Shown here piece by piece: positions 47,766 through 55,326 of a DNA stretch of 64,000 nt. The stretch is from positions 4,683-68,682 of the forward strand of contig JAUUXB010000002.1 of NCBI GenBank assembly GCA_030588745.1, given 5' to 3'. The number at the start of each line of letters is the position of its first letter. Position 1 is the stretch's first letter. Both the position numbers and the translations under genes were made by a program. Below the pieces are notes generated by a model, which worked only from the letters and a program-made list of their open reading frames with translations, was not told the DNA's origin and made no database searches. The stretch comes from a bacterium (GTDB lineage: Bacteria; Patescibacteriota; Minisyncoccia; Minisyncoccales; JANBVM01).

Positions 47766-49028
47766 TTAAAGTTTTAAAATCTTTTTAAATTTCTCTTTAT
47801 TATTAAATGGACCAATTAAAGCTAAGTTTAATTTCTGCGGCTGAAAAATATCTTTAGCAACCTTTAAAATATCGTTTGAGCTAACTTTATCAACTTTCTT
47901 AAAAATTTCTTTTAAGGTTAAAATCTTTCCCTCTAAAAGCTCTTGATTGGCAAAAAATGAAGCCAAAGCATCAGAGGGTTCCAACAGAAGCGCTGTTTTT
48001 CCTTTAACATAGTTCTTTGCTTTTTTTAATTCTGAAGCAGGAACTTTTTGTTTTGAAATTTTCTTGTATTCTTCAAGAACTGCTGAAATTACTGTTTCTA
48101 CTTTTTTATTATCCACTCCAATCTGGGTAAGTAAATAACCAGAATCAGGATTTGCTTCAGAAATAGTGCTGATGTAATAAGCTATACCCAGCTTCTCTCT
48201 TATTTTAACAAATAAACGGGAACTCATCATTCCTCCCAAAATAACAGCTAATAGTTTTTGAGCATATTTTTGAGCATGGAATAAATTATATGCCCTTGTC
48301 CCTAAACATAAATGGGTCTGGTCAGTTTTTCTTGTTTGAATGATTATTTCTGGCTCTGATTGTCTTTCAACAACTGATTGTTTTTTTAATGGCTCATCTT
48401 CTTTTATTCTTGAAAAGTATTTTTTAACCTTTTTAACTGCCAAATTACTGTTTATATTCCCGGCAACACAAACTATTGTATTTGACGCCACATATTGCTT
48501 ATCCATGTAATCAACTAGTTTTTTCCTTGTCATATTGGAAATATTCTCTTTTGTTCCAATAATATCCCAACCAGCAGGCTGGTCGCCATATAAAAGCTTA
48601 GACCATAATACATGAACATAAGTCATTGGGTGATCCAAACGCATATTAATTTCTTCAGTAATTACTCCTTTTTCTTTCTTTATTTCTTTAGAAGGCAAAG
48701 TAGAATTTAAAAAGATATCAGAAACCCAGTCCAGAGCAGTATCAAATTGGGTTGAAACTGTCTTGGCATAATATCCTGTGCACTCTTCTGAAGTAAAAGC
48801 ATTGTAAATTCCACCAATCTTATCCATAGTCTCGGCAATTGCTAATGTAGTTGGTCTTTTTTTTGTTCCTTCAAAATACATGTGTTCTAAAAAATGAGAA
48901 ATCCCATTAATATCTTTTTTCTCATACTTAGAGCCGGTTTTAACTAATACCAATACTGTCACAGCTTCTGTGTTTTTTTGAGGAACAATGATAATCCTTA
49001 AACCATTCTTAAGAGTTGTTTTAAACAT
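47766..49028 (-). CDS. M16 (pitrilysin-family) zinc peptidase
   Basis: HFLEH, NAFTS, GGMMSSRLF...REKLG. Confidence 0.93.
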   Translation of the reverse strand: MFKTTLKNGLRIIIVPQKNTEAVTVLVLVKTGSKYEKKDINGISHFLEHMYFEGTKKRPTTLAIAETMDKIGGIYNAFTSEECTGYYAKTVSTQFDTALDWVSDIFLNSTLPSKEIKKEKGVITEEINMRLDHPMTYVHVLWSKLLYGDQPAGWDIIGTKENISNMTRKKLVDYMDKQYVASNTIVCVAGNINSNLAVKKVKKYFSRIKEDEPLKKQSVVERQSEPEIIIQTRKTDQTHLCLGTRAYNLFHAQKYAQKLLAVILGGMMSSRLFVKIREKLGIAYYISTISEANPDSGYLLTQIGVDNKKVETVISAVLEEYKKISKQKVPASELKKAKNYVKGKTALLLEPSDALASFFANQELLEGKILTLKEIFKKVDKVSSNDILKVAKDIFQPQKLNLALIGPFNNKEKFKKILKL

Positions 49029-49218
49029 AGTTAATATTTATATTTTAGCAAAAAACCGCTCGATTGGCGATTTTTTACTAGCTCCAGTGACAGAACTCTT
49101 CATTTGTTAAAACTATGAATGGGCACAATAAATAGGTGATTGCCACACCATCAAAGCAATCAAAAAGAAAAACACCCATTCTGGGTGATTTCTTTTATTT
49201 GATTTACTGAATTAATTC

Positions 49219-49416
49219 TTAAAGGCGGGTTACGTTTGTTGCGTTAGGACCCTTTGGAGAATCAACTTTTTCGAAAGATACTCTATCACCTACTTTTAAC
49301 TCTTCGTAGGTTACGCCCTTAAGTTCGTTGCTATGAAAGAATAAATCTTTCTCTTCACCATCAACGGTAATAAATCCAAATCCTTTATCTGTAAGATTTT
49401 TAATTGTTCCTTCCAT
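49219..49416 (-). CDS. cold-shock protein
   Basis: KGFGFI RNP1, LFFH RNP2, KGPNATNV; TTGACC-17-TAATAT promoter, ~100-nt 5' UTR, terminator. Confidence 0.95.
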   Translation of the reverse strand: MEGTIKNLTDKGFGFITVDGEEKDLFFHSNELKGVTYEELKVGDRVSFEKVDSPKGPNATNVTRL

Positions 49417-49710
49417 GATTGTGATATAAATTAATTAATGTTTTAAGATTTTATCTCAAAGCTTAGTTCCTTGAATAAGTTCGACTAAATTTTTATCAGG
49501 CAACTATCTTATATGAACAATATTAACATCTAAAAAATAATTGGTCAACCAAAAAACCGCCCAAGAGGCGATTCTTTGAATTTGGCTCCGGGGATGGTAC
49601 AATATTAGAACTTGGTTTATGGAAGGATTTTCTACAGTCAAATCAATTCAATTATCATTTTAAAGTCTAAAAGAATAAAAAAGAGAGAGTTTCCTAAAAG
49701 GTACTCTCTT

Positions 49711-50307
49711 TTATCGGATTTCAGAAAATTCAACTCGTTCGATAGAACTCTCCAGGAAAATAACGCAGGAGATATAATCACTGAGGGCTAAAATAGCTCC
49801 GAAGTTATTTTCTTCAAAAAACCTCTTATGTGATGGAAATCCAAAGTGTTTCATTTTTTCCTCTAGAAACTCTCCTCTACTATTTTTCAACTCTCGCCAT
49901 GTATTTTCTTTGCCTCTTTCATTCCACGAGTTCAATATATCTCTGTGGAATGGATTGTTTGGATCAAAAAGGAAATATCCTCTTCGGAAGTAAAATCGTA
50001 CAATGAAAATCGGCAAATGAGCAAAACTAAAAGTGTTACAGGGGGCAAATAATGCCGTCCAAATACCTGGGTAATTTCCCTTAGTAATCCATTCTTGAGG
50101 AACTCTTCCAAATTGTTTCCACTCTTCTTGCATTTTTTCAAAATGTTCTCGTTCATGAACTCTATGAAAATAACCAACTTGGTTATATTGAGATAACTCA
50201 ATTCTATTTGAAGTGGTTAATAGTTTATAAGTTTCCTTCCACAGCTTACTTCTCCATCTTGTATAATCTTGCTTTAAACCCAACCAATCAATAACCTTTG
50301 ATTCCAT
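49711..50307 (-). CDS. orphan hypothetical protein (cassette cargo)
   Basis: AGGAGG SD favours the ATG at 50307 over 50325; own promoter and terminator. Confidence 0.65.
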   Translation of the reverse strand: MESKVIDWLGLKQDYTRWRSKLWKETYKLLTTSNRIELSQYNQVGYFHRVHEREHFEKMQEEWKQFGRVPQEWITKGNYPGIWTALFAPCNTFSFAHLPIFIVRFYFRRGYFLFDPNNPFHRDILNSWNERGKENTWRELKNSRGEFLEEKMKHFGFPSHKRFFEENNFGAILALSDYISCVIFLESSIERVEFSEIR

Positions 50308-50628
50308 GAGTGATAACCTCCTCATCTAATATAAAGTTGTTAATTTTCTACCCGTTTATCTTACAAGAATTTAACAAAAAATCAACCCCAAACAAAAAAA
50401 ATTGCTAATTTAGCGAAAAGTTCTAGTCCTACTCTGGGTTAAGGAAAAAACCTGCCAAAATAGCAGATTTTTAAATTCAAGTTCTAGCAAAAAGTGGGGC
50501 TCCCCTTATTGGACGCGTTCAGAACCATTGATTGGAGAGAAATTCGGGAAAATCTTAGAGAAATAGAATCTTTATTAGTAAGGAATTAAAATAAAAAATG
50601 GTGCTTTTTTGCACCAATTGACTTTAAT

Positions 50629-50949
50629 TTAATCATACATTTTTTCTAACTCCTTCATATCTTTTTCTGCATAGTCCTTGCCAAGCAGTGTTAGTTTATA
50701 ACCTCTTCCTGTTTCTTCCACTAAACAGTGTCGTATCATATCCACGATCACTTCTTGAACTTCGTCACTGTAATCAGACTGGTATCCAAAATCAATTAAC
50801 TCAAATCTCTCTTTATCTTCCTTTTTCATTTTCTTAACCTCTCTGTGAATATAAAGGGAGTCAAGTTCTCTATTTCTTTCTATAAGTTTCAAAATTATAC
50901 CAGTGAGGAGATTTCTAATTTCCTTAAAAACTGGGGTATAAATTGTCAT
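50629..50949 (-). CDS. small winged-helix-like protein (cassette cargo)
   Basis: YSDEVQEVIVDM...LVEE...YKLTLLGKDY resembles a wHTH; GGAGG SD. Confidence 0.6.
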   Translation of the reverse strand: MTIYTPVFKEIRNLLTGIILKLIERNRELDSLYIHREVKKMKKEDKERFELIDFGYQSDYSDEVQEVIVDMIRHCLVEETGRGYKLTLLGKDYAEKDMKELEKMYD

Positions 50950-51030
50950 TTCTATCCCTCCGATTGATATTATTTTTAAATTTAATTTTCTACCTTGCTT
51001 CTACTCAATCTTTTGAGTTTTGTCAAACTA

Positions 51031-51058
51031 AAAACCCGAGAAACAATCTCGGGCTGAA
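51031..51058. repeat. 28-bp hairpin repeat, copy 1
   Basis: AAAACCCGAGAAACAATCTCGGGCTGAA. Confidence 0.9.
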
Positions 51059-51136
51059 CAGAGCTCCGGGTCTTGGACGATGTTAGAACCTGTTTTGAAA
51101 TAAAAAAAATGGCCGATAGATAAATCATACGGCTTT

Positions 51137-51376
51137 TTAACTTATTATTTTTCCTTCGTTAAGAGCTTTTATCTTCTCGTCCATCTCTTTATTTTGTATT
51201 GCTGTTTGAAATGGAAACAAAGCTTTTTCCATAAACTTCTTTGCTACCATTGCGGTAAGATAGTCGGTTTCTTCTTTGCTGCCGTCAGAACTATCCAAAA
51301 TAATGCTATCTGCAGCACTAACTGCACCTTCAACTATTTTATTTCGTCTATATTCTATTTCTTGCCATTTTTCCAT
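51137..51376 (-). CDS. orphan hypothetical protein, about 79 aa (cassette cargo)
   Basis: AGGAGG SD favours the ATG at 51376 (MEKWQ). Confidence 0.6.
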   Translation of the reverse strand: MEKWQEIEYRRNKIVEGAVSAADSIILDSSDGSKEETDYLTAMVAKKFMEKALFPFQTAIQNKEMDEKIKALNEGKIIS

Positions 51377-51437
51377 TTTAAGGTTCAACCTCCTTTTATT
51401 TAGTAACCTTAGCATGCCAAATTAAATCAAAAAAGTC

Positions 51438-51465
51438 AAAACCCGAGAACCAATCTCGGGCTGAA
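51438..51465. repeat. 28-bp hairpin repeat, copy 2
   Basis: AAAACCCGAGAACCAATCTCGGGCTGAA; 27 of 28 bases identical to 51031-51058. Confidence 0.9.
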
Positions 51466-51610
51466 TTTGCTCCCCTAGTCGGTCTCGAACCTGTGGTTTA
51501 AAGGAAAATTAAGGGGTTTTCCAGGGTATCCCGCAATGCCTCTCGGTCGGGGCTCTTTTAAGCTAAAATGAGACAAATGAGACAGTGCTAAGGGGTATGG
51601 AAATTGTGTC

Positions 51611-52147
51611 TTATTTCTCAATTTCCTTAGCTAACTTTTCAAGCCCGAATCCATTTATTAATTCTATCTCTATGAGACTATCTTTAGCAAAAACTTTTCC
51701 ATCTTCTGTAAATTCACCAGTGGTGACAAAAAATCCTTTTTCGCCTTTTTCTTTGTTAAGATCTTGAATGGAACCAGCAAACTCTCTTACCTCTTTTGGT
51801 AGAACTTGATTTTTTCTTTTGCATTGAATAAAAAATCTTTTTCCATCCTTAAAGGCAATAACATCGATACCCTTATCTCCTGACCCACCAACCACTTTTG
51901 TTTTATATCCTAAACCCTCAAAGATAATGGCGACAATTCTCTCAAATTTTTTATGATTCATTGTTTTCCATTCAATCAATCTTTTGTGTTTCTTAAGCCA
52001 TTTTTCATCAAGCCATTTACTAATATATGACTTGGCTATGGAAATGACTACGGGGGTACTAAGTGCGATAACCCAAAACCACCAAAATGGTTTTATGAAA
52101 GTTATCCAAGGTGTTCTTATTGGTTCCGTATAATCAATGTGGATCAT
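51611..52147 (-). CDS. membrane-anchored Mrr-like restriction endonuclease
   Basis: N-terminal TM; FERIV...GDKGIDVIA...IQCKR...VTTGEFT. Confidence 0.85.
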   Translation of the reverse strand: MIHIDYTEPIRTPWITFIKPFWWFWVIALSTPVVISIAKSYISKWLDEKWLKKHKRLIEWKTMNHKKFERIVAIIFEGLGYKTKVVGGSGDKGIDVIAFKDGKRFFIQCKRKNQVLPKEVREFAGSIQDLNKEKGEKGFFVTTGEFTEDGKVFAKDSLIEIELINGFGLEKLAKEIEK

Positions 52148-52182
52148 TTTTTATTTTCTTAATTTTTTCTTTCATGGATTTT

Positions 52183-53064
52183 TCATTTTCCTATTTCAAT
52201 TTGAGAAGGGTTTTTTAGAATGATTTCCGGCCTGTCTTCATATTCCTTAATTTCACCCTTAATTCTAACTGTTTTTTGAGAATAATAGTCCTCTGGACTC
52301 TGAACAAACTTATATTGGTCTGAACTAAAAATTACACTAACAAAACATTGGTTAGGATATGATTTTTCGAAATTTAAAAAGACTGTATTAGTTTTTGATC
52401 TATAAGTATCAACAATCTTCCCCTCAATAATTATTTCTTTTCCTAAATAATTTCCTGCCTGACAAGCGCCAACAATTTTTAATCCTGTTAATTCAGAAGT
52501 TAATTTTTCCCATCGAAACCCAATCTTTTCATCTTCTTCTATTATTCTCTCGCCCCATTTACAGCCAACTTTATTTTCTATGGCTTCTCTTTCTGCTTGA
52601 GCGATTTCTTCTTTATACTTCACATCTTCTGGAGAGAAACGAGCCACCGCTAATCCTTCTTTAACCAATTCCAGACTAATATTCTGATCGCTAAGAAAAA
52701 CATATCTCAAATATCGACACCATTGATCTTGATCTTCTTTTCCTTTTTCTAATTTTACCTCTTTGTTTAAAATCAACTCTTCTAACGCCTGTTTGGCTTC
52801 TTCATAACAAGGATGTCCTCTTTCATCGGCATCAATTCCTAAAATTCTAACTGAATAACCCCCTTCTATCATAAAAGTATCGCCATCAATAACCTTAGTT
52901 GTTAATTTTAAGGCCATATCGGAAAGCTCAGGAATACTTACACAATTCCCATCTTCACCATTATGGTTTTTCTCTCGATTAGAAATTATTATCGCTCCTC
53001 CAATAATTAAGGCTCCGACAATAATTGCCAAGAATATTCTGTTTTGTTTAAAAAATTCTTTCAT
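52183..53064 (-). CDS. thermonuclease (SNase) with C-terminal OB-fold, membrane-anchored
   Basis: VIDGDT, VRILGIDADE, RYLRYV, LVKEGLA; C-terminal FLNFEK...GEIKEYEDRPEII; start at ATG 53064. Confidence 0.88.
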   Translation of the reverse strand: MKEFFKQNRIFLAIIVGALIIGGAIIISNREKNHNGEDGNCVSIPELSDMALKLTTKVIDGDTFMIEGGYSVRILGIDADERGHPCYEEAKQALEELILNKEVKLEKGKEDQDQWCRYLRYVFLSDQNISLELVKEGLAVARFSPEDVKYKEEIAQAEREAIENKVGCKWGERIIEEDEKIGFRWEKLTSELTGLKIVGACQAGNYLGKEIIIEGKIVDTYRSKTNTVFLNFEKSYPNQCFVSVIFSSDQYKFVQSPEDYYSQKTVRIKGEIKEYEDRPEIILKNPSQIEIGK

Positions 53065-53072
53065 TTTTAACC

Positions 53073-53861
53073 TTATTGATCCCAAATATCTTCTGTGAAA
53101 TTTAAAACTTTTACAATGGGCTTAATCCCTGCTTCCCTTATTATTTCTTTCAATATGGGTTGTTTAGAGATAAAGTTAGCCACTGGAGGACTACTTTTAT
53201 AATAAAATTTCACAAATTTCTTTCCTAAATTAGTTTTTAAAAGAAACGCATCTCTAAAATCTCTTAAAATATCAATTTCTGGAGCTAGCGGAGTTCCATA
53301 TGCGGCAGTGGCAATAAAACAACCTTCTTCGTCTCTGGATTCTGTTTTATATCGAGTATTAGCTTCCGAAGTAGATTCTCTCCAAAAACCCATTCCGAAG
53401 ATTTTTCCAGTATCTGTATCTTTCATAACCAAGAAATAAATTCTATTCCCGTCCTTCATTTTATAATACATAAGTATAGTTCCTAACCTTTCTTCAAGAT
53501 AAGGAGTTCTGCCCTCCACCCCTTCTTTTAATACATTCAACCCCCATATTTCATCTATTAAACTCAATGCAAATTGTGTCGTATTTTGTTCTGTCGGCTC
53601 CAAAAGAGGTTCAAAAGTTGCGCCATATTGACCTGTTTCCTCATTTTTACCTAGATACACATCAGCTAAACCATACCATTTTCCAAGGAATTGAATTTCT
53701 TCACTAACAGAAGAAGCGAAAACAGTCTCTTGTGACTTTATAGTGAATCCAGTTTGAGTTTTCAATCTGAAATCATTTAAGATGAGAATTATTAACAAAA
53801 CTAGCACAAAAATAATGCTTCCAAAAATTATTTTCCTATTTTTCTTAATTTTCTCTTTCAT
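53073..53861 (-). CDS. membrane protein with CFI-box-CTERM domain
   Basis: GCFIATAAYG...LRDFRD...FYYKSSPPVA. Confidence 0.85.
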   Translation of the reverse strand: MKEKIKKNRKIIFGSIIFVLVLLIILILNDFRLKTQTGFTIKSQETVFASSVSEEIQFLGKWYGLADVYLGKNEETGQYGATFEPLLEPTEQNTTQFALSLIDEIWGLNVLKEGVEGRTPYLEERLGTILMYYKMKDGNRIYFLVMKDTDTGKIFGMGFWRESTSEANTRYKTESRDEEGCFIATAAYGTPLAPEIDILRDFRDAFLLKTNLGKKFVKFYYKSSPPVANFISKQPILKEIIREAGIKPIVKVLNFTEDIWDQ

Positions 53862-53865
53862 AGAT

Positions 53866-54717
53866 TTATCCCGCTTTCTCTCTTAGCCCCTCGATCATAT
53901 ACTTTAAGATAAGACCAGAAAACGGCTCTTCATATTTTCTATCATCTATAGTAACAGTTAACTTTGCTAATTTTTCAGACCATATAAAATATTGCGTCTT
54001 TTGTTTTCTTTCTCTTCTTAACGCTATCCCATCACTGTATGAGTCTATAGAAATAATCTTGTCCAAATTCACGCTTAATGTCCTTTTTTGCCCAGTAAAA
54101 ACAATTCTTTTGTTCGTAAGGGTAAACATACCTTTGTCTATAACTCTTATTTCTTCGCGGGATTCACTTTTTGAACCAAAAGCCCCAACTCTAAAATAGA
54201 CTCCTTTTGCCACCCTAAAACTTGGACCACCATAACCACCACTACTTACTCTTACCGAACGTGGTTCTTTTAATGAAATATTTGGAAGTACACATCTAAG
54301 TTCTTCGTCCTTTTTTAAAAGGATAGGTGATGGTATCCCTATAAACTTTATAGGCGCTTTTCCTTCTCTTATTGCATTCATCCATTCTTCCATATCTGCT
54401 TCCTTTTGTTTAACATCTGACATTCCGCCATTGGCTATATTTTTCCATTCTCTCGCGGTTAAAGTCTGGTTTCTGTATTCCTGCCAAATTAGACTAGATG
54501 CGTCTTGAACTTTAGAAAGCTTATGCTTTTCTCCACGTCTAGCAAAGATTGCATCACATTTATTACACTCAAAACTCTTAATGGTTAGTAAGCCAAATAT
54601 CTTCTTCCTGATGGTTTCTATTAGTTGTCCAGACTTGCATACGGGGCACTTTGTAAGCCAAGAGGTTCCAATAGGATTACCATGGTCATTTAATGTTTTC
54701 TTAATTTTTTCTTCCAT
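53866..54717 (-). CDS. zinc-ribbon plus PH-like domain protein
   Basis: CPVC/CNKC; GGPSFRVAKGV; DKGMFTLTNKRIVF; likely start at ATG 54717. Confidence 0.7.
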   Translation of the reverse strand: MEEKIKKTLNDHGNPIGTSWLTKCPVCKSGQLIETIRKKIFGLLTIKSFECNKCDAIFARRGEKHKLSKVQDASSLIWQEYRNQTLTAREWKNIANGGMSDVKQKEADMEEWMNAIREGKAPIKFIGIPSPILLKKDEELRCVLPNISLKEPRSVRVSSGGYGGPSFRVAKGVYFRVGAFGSKSESREEIRVIDKGMFTLTNKRIVFTGQKRTLSVNLDKIISIDSYSDGIALRRERKQKTQYFIWSEKLAKLTVTIDDRKYEEPFSGLILKYMIEGLREKAG

Positions 54718-54721
54718 AGAT

Positions 54722-54952
54722 TTATTCATTAACACCATTTTTTCTTAGACACATTTTATAATAAACCTCGTAATCATCGAGCTTAAATTTACCTTCGGCA
54801 CAAGTAGTACATTTTTCAATAGCTTTTTCTACTGCTATATTATGACAATTAGAATAAATTTGTGATGGTCTTATCTAACACCAATAAAAAGCACCACCAA
54901 CGATTAAGATAATAATTGCTATCCACCAATATTCCTTAATTTTTTCTTTCAT
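54722..54952 (-). pseudogene. small membrane-anchored Cys-rich protein with an in-frame TAG at codon 26
   Basis: MKEKIKEYWWIAIIILIVGGAFYWC*IRPSQIYSNC...YYKMCLRKNGVNE; TAG at 54875-54877. Confidence 0.75.
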
Positions 54953-54972
54953 AGAGCTTTATGAAGTGCTTC

Positions 54973-55188
54973 TCAGTCAGAAGCCCCCTCTCTTATTTGT
55001 ATGACACAGGTTTGAATACAAGCACTTTTGTCGCTACTGCAATACTCATCACAACCGCACCTTCTTTTACATCTTTCGATAGGATCACCTGTGTATTTAT
55101 ACCAAATCAAATAACCAACAGTGATTGTTAGTGATAATAAAGATAAGGTAATAAGAATAAGGCAAATTATTTTGATTTTTTCTTTCAT
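54973..55188 (-). CDS. small membrane-anchored Cys-rich protein
   Basis: MKEKIK + TM + CKRRCGC...C...C...C. Confidence 0.75.
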   Translation of the reverse strand: MKEKIKIICLILITLSLLSLTITVGYLIWYKYTGDPIERCKRRCGCDEYCSSDKSACIQTCVIQIREGASD

Positions 55189-55326
55189 AGTGTTTCTTTA
55201 TCTTCAAAATAACCTTATTTAAAACAAAATTCAAGCCAAAATTAAAAACCCGATAAAGTCGGGTTGATAATGCTTCTCGGTCGCTCGAACCGAGCACTAG
55301 CCTGCTCCGGCGATAGGACTCGAACT

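Larger units (their letters stand above)
49050..55326. mobile_element. genomic island: tandem array of att-delimited cassettes with no recombinase gene
   Basis: Hairpin + GCTCC sites at 49081, 49585, 50499, 51063, 51469 and 55304 separate cargo genes between the M16 peptidase gene and glyQS. Confidence 0.7.

Noticed and set aside
49050-51490. CRISPR array or classical integron attC array
   Set aside because: Spacers are 400-900 bp and contain genes; no cas or intI gene; the sites lack RYYYAAC/GTTRRRY attC ends
51469-51500. tRNA gene on the minus strand (also at 55304-55325)
   Set aside because: Only a T-loop/acceptor-end fragment is present; no D-arm or anticodon arm can be formed
54875-54877. 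Stop-codon recoding (TAG or TGA read-through)
   Set aside because: TAG and TGA both terminate core genes here (for example topA TAG, ftsA TGA) and other ORFs are uninterrupted in code 11
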